Shown here: positions 50,579 through 63,745 of the stretch, piece by piece
How positions within the stretch are numbered: position 1 is the stretch's first letter
Layout of the letters: each line of letters opens with the position of its first letter
Source: Octopus sinensis
Lineage: Eukaryota
Reading direction: 5' to 3'
DNA length: 64,000 bases
Assembly (NCBI RefSeq): GCF_006345805.1
Contig: NC_043004.1
Location: forward strand, 16,616,001-16,680,000
The notes under the pieces: model-generated
The model's input: the letters and a program-made list of their open reading frames with translations, nothing else
Database searches by the model: none
Told to the model about the DNA's origin: nothing
Position numbers and translations under genes: made by a program

Positions 50579-52729
50579 TTTCTTATTGAGAATACTTGAA
50601 GCACGAACAAATAAGGAAATAAGGGGATATATTTGGTGCCATGAAGACGCTGCAGTCTGAGAAAAATTGAGTTTGTTGCCCTTACGTTTCATAGAAAGTA
50701 TAAAAGACATCATCAATGAGACTCTCTATACCAAAGGAAGATTCTTGTTGTCACAGTAACGATATCAAATTTAAATTAACTTGACTTAAGCATGTCAGTA
50801 TCACCCACCTTCTGATTAGTGAAGTTTATTTAAATACAACCCAGCCTCAAAAACAATAGTTTTGTTAATATTCTGGTTTCTAATTACGTCACTTCACGTT
50901 CCAAGTTCAAATATCATCAACGATATTTTAGTTTTTAATTTTGCCAATAGAGAAAAATACGTGGGATGTACCGAAATTAATGGAAAAGTGTGCATAATGT
51001 TTTGTTAATTAACATAGGTCGTTCTACCTGCTTATATTGCTAGAGGAACGCTCCTTCCTTAGTAAGTCTTCCTCCTGTCCTTCATTGCTGGAAAATGATG
51101 AGTCCGAAGCAGAAGTTTCGTGCCATCGTTGAACTTTTATCCAGAGAAAGCGGCAAGCTTACCGAAACTCATATTAGACTACCTGAGGCAGTCTTTATTA
51201 ACAATGCATTATGCACAGTTGTATGAAATGCTTAAAGGAGACACTGGCATTAACGACAAACCATCAAATGCAACTACAGGCGTGAGTGAAGATATTACAA
51301 TCTGATAGCTTGCTGAACAAATGAATAGGCGTCACAATGCATTATTGAACATGGTAGTCCCTGGATATTGTAAATAGTGTGAAAAATGGGTTACTTCGGA
51401 GGTTGACACTCGATTTGAAAGAGAGGAGTGTGAAATCTCTGCTTTAGTAAATCCGTTTGAAGCAAATGACATATGACCTTTCCCGACCTGTTAACAAAGG
51501 ATGAAATGTTTCCGTAATTTCCAACCCGGTGACCAAAGCAAAATCAATAGAATGACGTCACACATCTCCAAAGCTTATGAAGTTCCAAGAGCTAGTGATC
51601 GACATAGAACGAGACTTTGGGATAGCAATAGCATCATTCTTCTCGATTTTTTTGGAAAGTGTTTTTACTCTCAACAGTGAATTGTATATTAAGACACGCA
51701 CAAACCTAAGGGAACCCCCGTTAGAAGAAAGAAGCCGAACAAAAGTCTTAAAAATGATTTCTGGTGTCCTCCGGATTCCACTTTATCTGTCCAGCTACTT
51801 GGACAACCCGGTCCCATTCGTCTTTCCAAACCAGTAGGTTTCGTAATAACTATCATGCCCAGATCTTTCTTTCCAGAACATCGGCTCCATGAGACACTTC
51901 TGCTCAGTTTTGAATGACGTTTTAATAGTATCAAGCTCTTCGATCTCAAGCAAAGCTACTTCTTCCAGACTCAACATATAAAGAACGTTTAGAAAATATG
52001 TGTTGAGATATTATTGTATCACATCACCTTGCTTCATATAAATGTTATGTGAAAGCGAGGAGATACGCACGCAGAAGTCTTTCTTAATGACGATGTTTGT
52101 GAAAGTGAGTGTTAATATGCTATAACTGAACCATGTAACCGGTGTGATGATTTACAAAGATGGTGGTCGTACGAATATTTTTACAACTGTGAGCTTTTTA
52201 TTACTAATTTTCATTTTGAAAGCCTTCATTTCTAGTGTAGTGCCTTTTCCGATTAGTTTACAAAAGTCAATTGTGTCATCAGTATATTGAATGCAAGATT
52301 TTAAGTAAGTTACAAGACCACTGCAGTCACGAACAGCAGTCTATCTAGTCTCATTTAGTATAAATTAGAATACTGTGCGTTCGGTCTTTCAATGTAGAAG
52401 GTTTTTTTAAAATAATTCCGATATGAATTTTGTAGGTGATTCTAAAACATGAACTCTCAGGCAGTTAGAGTTATATAACAGAATTTCAAAACCCAGCCAT
52501 TTTTACAAAGTTTATTTTTGTGTACAACACGTTTTCCTTTACTATATTCTGTACAGTGTTTTGAGTTGTAAAAGAAGATAATGGAACATTTATTTTATAA
52601 TGCCATAGTCGTTGTTAGTATCGCTTTTCTTGTAAAGTGTATTTTCTAAGATGTCTGCAAACTTCGTTGTGGTTTTTTGGAGGAACATTTTTTATATATA
52701 TTTCCTGTGTGTATCTTTTATATTTTATC

Positions 52730-52850
52730 TTTTATTTGACTCAGTCACTTGACTGCGGCCATGCTGGGGCACCGCACGTTTTTTTAAACTTAGTACTTAT
52801 TCCATCAGTCTCTTTGCTTAAACGCTAAGTTACAGGGACGTAAACACATA
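52730..52850 (-). mobile_element. SINE 3' fragment
   Basis: cagtcacttgactgcggccatgctggggcaccg...ctaagttacagggacgtaaacac. Confidence 0.75.
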
Positions 52851-52856
52851 AACACA

Positions 52857-52913
<57 letters not shown>

Positions 52914-53020
52914 TCATATGCAATACATATTGCCTACCGTATGCTCCAAACCACATAGGCAAGTTTGAAGATTGCCTCAAGAATTAAAGAAATCCTCATG
53001 AATCTGCAACACCACGTGAC

Positions 53021-53084
53021 CATATTACAGTATGGTTGCTTTCTCGTTTTCTGTGACCTTTTCTGGTGTGTCCCTATACCATCT
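53021..53084 (-). mobile_element. 65-bp Dong/R4 lineage-2 fragment
   Basis: Reverse complement of 36525-36590 (agatggtatagg.acacaccagaaaaggtcacagaaaacgag), next to (TTA)n. Confidence 0.8.
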
Positions 53085-53107
53085 ATTTCCTGTTATTATT
53101 ATCATCA

Positions 53108-53166
<59 letters not shown>

Positions 53167-53180
53167 ATTATTATTATTTT

Positions 53181-53820
53181 ATTGTCTTTGCACAGCTTCT
53201 AACGCTGGAGATTTACTACGATGTCAGCTTTTCACTACCAGTGAACTGAGGTAAACTGTGGTGTGTTAGTCTTGAAAAGAGGCAATATTAAATGTATGGG
53301 CGGGTTAACGATACCGTCGCGGGAGGTTATGAAGCAAATAGTAGAGAAGAGTTATAAGTACTTGGGGATATTGGAAATGAATATATTGATGGAGAAAGAA
53401 ATGCCAGAAAAATTTAAGGTGGAGTACTTGCGCAGACTGAGACTGATCCTTCAGTCGAAATTAAGCTGTCAACGCCTGGTCGGTTACACTCCTTAGATAT
53501 GGAGCAGGGGTAATCGCATGGACAGCTGATGAAATAAACAACTTAGACAGAAAGACAACGAAGTTGCTGACTAGATATGGGATACTCCACTCAAAACGCG
53601 ACATAGACAGACTCTATATACCTAGAAAAAGAGGGGGAAGAGGACTTATTGGATGCGAACACAGCATTAGAGGAGAAGAAAACAACGTAGCATGGTATGA
53701 AAAAATGCCTCAGAACCGCTATTATTGAAAGTAAGACGGTCAGGCGTGTGTAGGATGGAGGATTGCAAAGATAAAGCGCTGTACAGGCACGTGAGAAGGA
53801 ATGAAACTAAAACTAGGTGG
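53181..53820 (-). mobile_element. 5'-inverted copy of the 38-41 kb Dong/R4 family
   Basis: 53181-53254 is the reverse complement of the 3' UTR at 41345-41418; 53255-53820 is a plus-strand homologue of 40028-40612; (TTA)n on both sides. Confidence 0.85.
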
Positions 53821-53848
53821 ATTATTATTATTATAATTATTGTTATTA

Positions 53849-53897
<49 letters not shown>

Positions 53898-54046
53898 GAA
53901 GGCGGCGAGTTGGCAGAATCGTTAATCGTTAGCACGGTGGACTAAATGCTTAAGAGTATTTCTCCCGTTGCTACGTTCTGAATTCAAATTCCACCGTGTT
54001 TGACTTTGCCTTTCATCGTTTCGGGGTCGATAAATTAAGTACCGGT

Positions 54047-54094
<48 letters not shown>

Positions 54095-54300
54095 TCGGTG
54101 TTGTTGTTGCTGCTGTTGCTGTTATTAAAGTAGCGAGCAGGCAGAATCATTAGCACAGCGGGTAAAATGCTTAGCGGCATTTTGTTTGTCTTTACGTTCT
54201 GAGTTCAAAAGCCGCCGTGGCTAATACTATTTCAGTACTGAGGTTGATCGACAAGCCCTCAGCACTCAAAATGCTGGCTCTGTGCCAAAATTAGAAAGTG
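53898..54300 (+). mobile_element. Two SINE copies (53898-54049 and ~54125-54300) separated by (TAG)n
   Basis: ggcggcgagttggcagaatc...gcctttcatcgtttcggggtcgataa; the second copy is more decayed. Confidence 0.78.
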
Positions 54301-56934
54301 TTATTGCTCTTGTTAATGCTAATACTATTGGAGGAGTAGTAACGGTTTATATATTATCCTTGTTGTTGTTATTAATATGTTTTTTTATTATTATAAGATG
54401 TCAAGATTTTCCGAATTATGTATATAACAATAAAAACGTGATGTAGGAAATAAAATACTAGCAGTTTTGTATAAGAGTCTGCTGTAAGTAGGTTATCGAC
54501 AGATAACAATCAGATAAACACTTCGAGTAATTACTGAAAACAAGTAATATTATACAACACATTGAAATTCATAAGCTCGAGGAAAAGAGAGATAGAGAAA
54601 AAATCTGTATATACAATGAGAAGATATAGAAGAAAGGGACAAGTAAAGACGGGAGAGATAGAAGGGAGAATACTGAAAGGGATGAGAATGTTATTTTTGC
54701 TGCTACTCACATCAAAATATGGTAACTAGATTCTAGTATCGGGAGAATAACTAACTGATTCTGCAAGTTTGCATAGCTGTATTTAAGAATAGAAATTCCA
54801 TCGTAGTTGGTAGTTTGGTCGTAGATTTAGTTTTACTGATTTAATTACAGAGCTTATTATTGAAAGGAAACGCATCATAACCTAGACTGACATTAAATAG
54901 GTAGAGTTCAAGTGAGTTTATACTTCTATTTAATACCTTCTATTAAAAGGTATGAACATACAGTGACATTATTTCATGAATATGCATGCGGTTAAGTTAT
55001 GCACTTGTCGATATATTGGTCAGCATATATTGGCTAAGGAAAAGAGTTAACATATTCGAAGGTTAATTTATTTTCACTTCAATAATATGTCGGCAGCTAA
55101 ATTCCGGTATTAAAACATCAAGGCAGCATCTATTTCAGAGAGAAAAAAAAGGCCGGTGGAATATTCCTAACAGTGATATAGATGATCCAATATTCTTTGG
55201 TAGGGTTTGGTTAAATGAAAGTCAGAAGAATATTGTATTAAAAAGATATAAATATAGAGCATCAAAATCAATAGATAGATATCTGTATTGATGTAGACTG
55301 TTGTTTTCATAAACATAAGCGACACGCATACATACACACACACACACACTCACACATACACAACACATACACATATGCATACATTTAATAATAAATCCAC
55401 AATATCGCATCTAAATATTTCAAAGCATGGAGCAGAGTTTTGCTTTGGCTAAGCATCCTTGTGCTTGCTTTACTAGCAATGTTAAAGGAATTTATTAACC
55501 TTTCCAAAACTTCTCATACACTCACTCTCTCTCTCTCTCTCACACACCCACGCATACACACACACACATATATATATACATATATCTGTATATATACCTC
55601 TATATGTGTGCATATATATATATGCACACACACATAATATTGGTTTCAAATTTTGGCACCAGGCCAGCAGTTTTGGAGGAGGGGGCCAATCGATTAAATC
55701 GACCCAAGCGACGTAATATTAAGCATAGAAGCAAGTATGTGCGTATCGACATGATTTTACTTATTTAAGCATAAAACTAAAAGAATATGTATATATACGT
55801 ATATATCTAATACTGCACACCTATTTCAAATTGCACATAAGATTACCTTAAGACCAAACTAGAATGACTAGGACTAGAATTATAAGTAATTTAAACTCTG
55901 ACAAGAATTTTAATACAAAAAGCTAACCGAGTTGTAATGTGTTAGATGTTTTTGTGCGAAAATATTTGTCTTCAGTACACTCGCAGAAGTCGAAACATAA
56001 ACTAAATTGTCAAACATGAACCTTACGCTTAGAAAATGCAACCAATTTTTCACTTGCAGAGATACACTCTATATAGAGTCGATAATTAGTTACAACACAA
56101 AATTGGATAACAATATGGTTTTATCTGATGAGAGATCAAATGGATAATTAGACGAATTAATGTGGAATAAATATTCATGACTATAGTATCAATATCTCAA
56201 CAGAAAAAAAAATCAAATGCAAGAATGTTGTTTAAAATTCTGGGTTAATGTGTAAAAGGAAAGGCTTCCCTTGACAAACAGCATTACTTTTCTAATTCAC
56301 ACTGTGTAATAATTATGTGCTATCGTATCCAACTTATTCTAATCATAGAATACAGCATTGCTTGGTTTTGGCCTCTTTATATTTACTCTACTGCCAATTA
56401 CAAAGAAATCATTAGTCTTGTTTTTAAATAAACTCAACATTAAACAACTCAATATAAATTCATTTCGTTTATGTGTGAATATGTGTGTGAGTATGTGTTA
56501 ATATGTGCGTATGTGTTATTTAGTTTTGAAGATAATTATATTTTAACCATTTTTTCCACTTAATGAAAACTGAAAGCAAAGAACAAATGATATCCTTCAT
56601 CTATTTAGCCTTCATTCAATATTCTAATCTTCCAATTATATACAAATACACATCTATTTCAGTCTGTAGAATTTTAAATCTATATTTTGAAATTTAAACT
56701 CAAAAGAGAATTATAAGATTGTGATGAAAATCACATGATTAGAGACTTTGAAGACTTCCCTAGACATTGATGAATACAATCAGATATTTGTAGTTGAAGT
56801 ACAGCCATACAAATCAAATCAGATAAGAGAAGTGAATAAATTTTCTAAGAACATATACTTACTCTAGATTTTATTCTTCTCTTCTGTCCAAAGAACACGA
56901 CATTTGGTCAATATATTAGACACTTATTTTTTCA

Positions 56935-57342
56935 TTCTTTTATTCTTTCATTCGTTTCAGTCATCTGACTGCGGCTATGCTGGATCACCGCCTTTAGTCG
57001 AGCAAATAGACACGATGATTTATTTTTTGTGAGTCTAGTACTTATACTATCGGCCTCTTTTACCGAATCGTTAAGTTATGGTGACATAAACACACCAACA
57101 TCGGTTGTCAAGCGATGGTGGGGGGGGACAAATACAGACACACAAACATACTCACACACACACACATATGTTATATGTATATATACACGACATGCTTCCT
57201 TCAGTTCTGTTTACCAAATCCACCCACAAGGCTTTGGTCGGCCCTGCTATAGCAGAAGACACTTGCCTAAAGTATCATGCAGTGGGATTGAACCCGGAAC
57301 CATGTAATTGGTAAGCATGCTACTTACCACACAGTCATTCCT
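56935..57342 (-). mobile_element. Full-length tRNA-derived SINE with an internal (TG)n tract
   Basis: Head GACTGTGTGGTAAG...GGTTCAATCCC; central 'ggcaagtgtcttctgctatagc...gtggatttggtaaac' (V-domain-like, inference); tail ...cagatgactgaaacgaatgaaagaataa. Confidence 0.85.
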
Positions 57343-58589
57343 ATTTAATTTTTTAATATTATTTTCTTGCAATTTATTTCCTTTCTATGGCGATATTCTG
57401 TACAAGAATAGAACCGACTATCTCTTCAGGTCAACACCCTAAACACAAAGGAAAACGTCCGCCACAATGACAAGATAGTAATATTCTCTGCGCGTGTGTG
57501 TGTGTTGTGTGTGTATCTAAATAATAAGGTATGTGTGTGTGTGGTTGTGTACAAGTCTGTTGCTGAATACAATTCAGTGTAACCGTAGAAGATCTAATTT
57601 AAACAATTTTTGTCAGCTTCCTCCGTTTTTTTAAGAAACCCTAGTATCAACAGTTTCGAAACTATTTCTCTTGTACCAATAACTATGTCACTATAATTAT
57701 AGTACAATAGTTACTGGTTTGCATTAGTAAGCTGTATTCCTACGTTTTCTGTATCACTTGATACGGTATTCACAGTTCGATAATTGATTACTACAATAGA
57801 ACGCTTCTTCTTTTTTTTTTTTGTCTCTGACATAGCTAAATATGCAGTCTGCCATACAGCCAATTAGACTGAATGTTTCATTCAACATGTCTGGATGTTC
57901 ACACTTCTGTCAGAAAATTATATTTCATTAGGGGAAAGTCATCATATGAACGTCATACTATAAAGTACTTACAAATTTTGTATTTCCCAGGAAAGTAATA
58001 TTTCTTTAATATTTCTAGAGAAATTATTTTTCAAATTACACGTTAACAATATTTAGTAGTCATCTAGCTGTGGGTCTAGACTTGTTTTTCTTTTGCAAAG
58101 ACATTAGTATGCCTGTTTTCCACCAAGTGGGCAAAAGTATATCTTCAAAGTGCAATTTTATATAATTATCTTTATCATTCATGCATAAATTACTATGTAG
58201 CACACCAGATATGATAATCTGACGTTTCATCATGTGCTTATCACTGCACACAATTTGTTGATTAGTCAAATATTCTCCTTTGAATATTTAGAAAGAATTG
58301 TCGCTAAATGTAAGCAGAAAATACACGCAATACTAACACACCTAAATAATCGTTAAGAAGAGGCGTCCAGGTTACTAAATGTTGCTACACGCATGAAAAA
58401 TCATACGATTTGTATATTAATAAGTATAAATATTGTATTCGGCAACTATCTCAAAGAAATCAAAGTGACTTGAGAGGAATTCTATATTCAGTCCATGATA
58501 ACAGAACTGCAGCATAACTCGCTTCACAAATGTTTCCTTTGCATTCTCTACTGGTCGATAAATCAATGCAGTTGTGACAAGCAATATCA

Positions 58590-58905
58590 ACCATTATACA
58601 TATATATATATATACATATATATACACATACACACATGTATACACACACACTCACATACACATATATACACATACATACACATACATACATACACATACA
58701 TACACATACATACACATACACACACATATATATACACATACATACATATATATACATACATACACATATATACACATACATACACATACATACACATACA
58801 TATACACATATATATATATATATGTATACATACACACACATACATATAAATATATACATACACACACACATACATGTACACCTACATACAAATACATACA
58901 TGTAC

Positions 58906-58961
<56 letters not shown>

Positions 58962-59100
58962 TTATATATATATATATACGCGTACCTACAGATTCATGTC
59001 TACACTCTTAGAAGGCTAGTCTATACATATACACCCATAAATATAAATACACACACATACATACATGTACACCTACATACAAATACATACATGTACATAT

Positions 59101-59141
<41 letters not shown>

Positions 59142-59304
59142 TATACATATATATATTCATACTAACATGCATACTCAAAAAATAAGTAAATAGTAAATAT
59201 ATATACGCGCAGTTATTCATACATGCATACTCAAAAAATAAATATTAAGTATATGTACGTGCAGTTACCTATTATATAGACGGATACATACATATAATAA
59301 ACTT

Positions 59305-59387
<83 letters not shown>

Positions 59388-59452
59388 CATACATACACAC
59401 ACATACATATAAATATATACATACACACATACACCTACATATACACATACAC

Positions 59453-59505
<53 letters not shown>

Positions 59506-59762
59506 TACACATACATATACATACACATACATACATATATATACACATACTTACACATGTACATATAAATACACACATAGATAACTCTACGTACCTACAC
59601 ATACATAAACACACGAGCGTACGCGCATATGTACATATACACATACCCATGCACACGCATATATATACATACATACATACACATACACACATGTATACAC
59701 ACACACTCACATACACATATATATACATACACATATATATACACATATATATATATATATGT

Positions 59763-59801
<39 letters not shown>

Positions 59802-60320
59802 TATACATACACACACACATACACACACATATATATACATGTGTGCAAACATACATACATTCTCATACAAGCACACACACTTACATTTACATATATACAC
59901 ACATATACATTTACATACATACATTTTTATTTTTATTTTTATTTTAATTTTATTTTTTTACTTTTTTACATATTTTTTTAATATTTTTTTATTTTCTATT
60001 TTCTATTTTTTATTTTTTATTTTTTATTTTTTATTTTTTATTTTTTATATTTTATATTTTTTATTTGTTATTTTTATTTTTTATTTTTTATTTTTTATTT
60101 TTTATTTTTTATTTATTCTCCTATCTAATTTAACACTGACTCCTTGACCACTCCCCCAAGTATGATTTTTTGCGCTATGCCTACCCCCAAAAAGTCCCCC
60201 ACCAACACCCCTTTAAACCTGCATAAATGTATAAATGCCAATACAATTCTTGTTAACTAGCTTCCTGAAGATTTCTCTTGAATGAAACAGTTCTAGTCCT
60301 GTAGAAGCTCCTTCTATATA

Positions 60321-60326
<6 letters not shown>
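58590..60326 (+). mobile_element. Second member of the 15.8-18.6 kb microsatellite-laden HHR family
   Basis: 58978-59040 is the reverse complement of 17575-17635; 59160-59290 is the reverse complement of 16810-16955; 60110-60326 matches 18430-18645. Confidence 0.85.
60259..60309 (+). ncRNA. Type I hammerhead motif identical to 18576-18626
   Basis: 51/51 nt identical by eye. Confidence 0.75.
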
Positions 60327-60366
<40 letters not shown>

Positions 60367-62039
60367 CACTAATGCATGTGTATGTATATGCAAGTATCTA
60401 TGTATGTGCGGGCAAATCAATACGTGTATACATGTCTGTATAGAGTGCTTCCGTACAACAGACACACTGGTAGAGAGTTCGGCACCATTGGTAAGAGCTT
60501 TTAGTTATGATTAAGATGATTATGACTATCTGCGTTGCCACTCAAAGGTGGTCCGGCGGACTCACGGTTCTGTCGATATGAGTTCCACACCACTTCCCTC
60601 ACTAAAGGTTTGATTGTTAATTTAGTCGCCATCTATTTCGTCCATGGGTGTGTGACTTGCCTACAAAATCTATGAAATTATCTAAACGGGGATTTTCATT
60701 GCAAGGTTTCTCTTTATTACTGCTTCGTCTCTTGTAATTACAAATCTTATGAGATCTCCCAGACACACTGTAACTACTGAGTCGATTAGTAAATTGTGAT
60801 ATTTTACTGCCGTTCTAGGCTGTGTTGAATGCGTCTGGCGCTTAGGACATGGCAATGCCCGACGACCGATATCAATAATTCCAGTCCATAAGATCTACGA
60901 AAGCTTCATCACTTTTTGACCGAAGCATTGGTTAGCATATCATCTATTATATACTATTGATTGGCTTGCAACATGGTACTAATGTCTGTTGACGGCAGCA
61001 TGTGTGAGAAGCTGTTTGGTTGTTGCGTCAGTGGATTGATTCAAAAGCGATAGCATACACAATTCTGTCGACGCCAGTGATTTCGGAGAGATGAGGAGTA
61101 TTGCACGAGTTGGGTTGTCTGCACTGACTGGTGCTAAAGGCGTTGACGTATAGCTCTCTGTTGACGTCATCTTGTCTAATATGAGACGCTTTTCACAAAC
61201 ACCAACATTTCCGTGCGAGTCAATGGGGTACCTCGATTATCATAACATCTGATTTTTGCAGTCCATTCTTAGATTACAGTTCCAAAACAAGTTACAATCG
61301 TGGGTTGACCTACATGTAGCAGCGGGTGAAATCAGCCGTAGCAGTAGAAATTAGGTACTACGATAAAGAGTTATGTTTGGTGAAAATGTGAGAGCGTACT
61401 TCTTTCAAATATGGCCAAATTTGTTAGATTGTAAATTCATGCCATGACAAAGATAACTAACATTTAACATTGATTTTATTTATATTCTGTACTGGACGAT
61501 TAATCATTGTTCCTGCCAAAAGATATAACCACTATTATGAACGTTATTTTACGACAGATGTAGATTGTAAAGAAAATAAAATTGATACACTGAAATGACG
61601 TTGAAAAATAGACTTAAAGACATCACACAGTGTTCCATAAGTTTGTTGATTGATTACAAAGCCAACAATTTTTCTTTCCTCTATTGTTAATACATTTGGA
61701 ACTGAATTAGGGTCTTTTGTCGTGAAGAATCCGAAAATGGCATCTGTTTATTATTATGTCAAGATTCTCAGCTGCTAGATCCATAGAATTTCACTGGCTT
61801 TTCAATAAAAAATATTATGAGAAATAAAGCATGGCAAACAAACATACGTAGAAATTGGTTTTTCTTCAAAACTAGAATGCATTCTTAAAGTTCAGCTGGA
61901 GAACCAGTAGAAAAACTAGTAAAATTCTACAGCCAAATTACATCACTTTATACCTAATTTCTCATGAATTTGGGTTTCGATGATTTTCTACCCACACATC
62001 TATCCCTCCCACTCCATGGAGATCCCTCAGATATTTTGG

Positions 62040-62250
62040 CAAGGCGTTAAATAGCTATGAGCCTAGCTTGGCACTCAAGAGCACCCAGCTATTTAACGCC
62101 TTGCCCAAATATTTGAGGGATCTCTATGGAGTAGTGGGGGTAGGTGTTTTCAGGAAACAGCTTGACCTTTTGCTATCCAAGGTCAAAGGTGAACGAATAT
62201 TAAGTCAGGAAACTCAAAAGAGGACAGCAGTGTCGAACTCCCACCTTCAT
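62040..62250 (+). mobile_element. CR1/L2-like LINE 3' end
   Basis: ORF 62068-62268 has TQLFNALPKYLRDL...FRKQLDLLLSKV...RTAVSNS. Confidence 0.72.
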
Positions 62251-62254
62251 GAAA

Positions 62255-63279
62255 AGCCGATCACATAAGATTAGCCATTGATTATTTCAAGCGGGCCTTT
62301 AATAATGATTTCGTTGACATCAGAACTGTTCAGAGATGGTTCACAAAGCTTTTGTTCAGAAGATGGTAGCCTTGAAAATAAACAGAGGATTAGGCCAAAA
62401 TCAGTTAATCGGCATGATAGATTAAATGCTTTGGTTGAATAAAATCCGAGAACAAATTCGAAAACTTTCATCAGAACTACAAACATCTCGCACAACTGTT
62501 TTTGTACACCTGTAAAAAACTGGAAAATTCAAGAAAACACATAGGTTTGTTCCACATCAACTGAACGAGATTAAATGAAAAAGAAAACAGATGCCTCGAA
62601 GTGTGATTCTTATTGCTTTCTCGATTGGAAAAAGACCATTTTTGCATAAAATAATTACTTGTGATGAAAAATGGATAATCTTTGACAACAGCAGGAAAAC
62701 AGGACAGTGATTAGATGCAGGAGAATCACCTAAACACTACCCAAAACCACCATTGCGCCCTAATAAGTTAGTGGTTAATGTATGGTGGTCTGCGACGGAA
62801 TTATTAATTATTCATTTTTGCAACAAGGAAAAACGGTAACAGCAACAACGTATTGCCAAGAAATTGATTGCACACATGAGAATTTGAAAAAGAAGCAACC
62901 CAGACTAGTGAATAGATATAGCCCAATTTTGCTCCAAGACAATGCACGTCCTTACTTTCCTTAAGCTACGATCCAAAACTTACAAATCCTGATTTATGGG
63001 ATTTTGCAAGATTCTCCCTATACCCCCTGTTATCTCTCCTACTGGTCATCACTTATTTAAGCATTTTGAGTTTCTCATAAACAATAAAACATTCTTAAAT
63101 AGAGAAGCATTCGGGCAGTTTATCACAGCAAAAGATTTTTTTTTTTTAAATGATGGCTTATATGACATAGAGAAACGTTGAACATGGATCATACTTTGAT
63201 TAAAGAAATCAGTTCCTAACACTTGTGAAACATTTTATTGTTACCTTTCAAATACGATATTCCATGTGAAACGACCTAA
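62255..63279 (+). mobile_element. Decayed mariner element related to 2043-3314
   Basis: FVPHQL, ITCDEKW, KPPLRPNKLVVNVWWS and LLQDNARP motifs; right TIR (reverse complement TTAGGTCGTTTCACATGG) ends at 63279 followed by TA; left TIR eroded. Confidence 0.85.
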
Positions 63280-63439
63280 TATATATCTCCTCCCCGCTCC
63301 CCTCCCCGCTCCCCTCCCCTCTCCCCCTCATCTCCTCTCTCTACACTACACCATACGACATTACACATCACATCATACATACATACACACGTCCAGACCT
63401 CTCATACGCACTACATACTCTCTCATACACACACACACA

Positions 63440-63745
63440 CCCTTATGTTGGTCATTTGACCCTGTTATCTCCCCTATTTTCGCTTTTGCGTCTCACGTTT
63501 GATCTTTGACTTCTGGCCGGAATCAGATCGCCATGTTGATTCGCTAGCTTCTGCACGCATTTTTTTTCTCTCCTTGTTTCTCTCCGTGTTTCTTTTCTGT
63601 GTATCTTTCTGTTGAAGAGCGTAGGCTCGAAAGGTAAACGACTTGTTTTATTTATATTCCTGAGCGCCATACTAATACAATTGTTTGTTTGTATTCCACC
63701 TGCCTTCGTCTTTTGTTTATTTTCATAAAGCTTTCCGTTATATAT
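63440..63745 (+). mobile_element. Penelope-like non-coding repeat with a variant HHR, preceded by CA-rich sequence and followed by TATATA
   Basis: tcttt-CTGTTGA-A-GAGC gtag GCTC-GAAA-G-GTA-AACGA at 63604-63641. Confidence 0.6.

Noticed and set aside
51030-52000. Short minus-strand ORFs with protein-like composition (EELDTIKTSF..., SDSSFSSNEGQEED)
   Set aside because: No recognisable domain, several stops and no clear splice signals; needs tBLASTn to distinguish a decayed TE from an exon.
6380-57342. tRNA-like heads (6380-6445, 23410-23474, 45570-45630, 57270-57342) as tRNA genes
   Set aside because: They lack complete acceptor stems and continue into SINE bodies, so they are SINE promoters.
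60400-61300. GC-richer segment with ORF 60979-61170 and a PBS-like 'tggtgccgaa' on the minus strand at ~60480
   Set aside because: The PBS-like motif lies downstream of the ORF, and no LTR pair or gag/pol motif was found.
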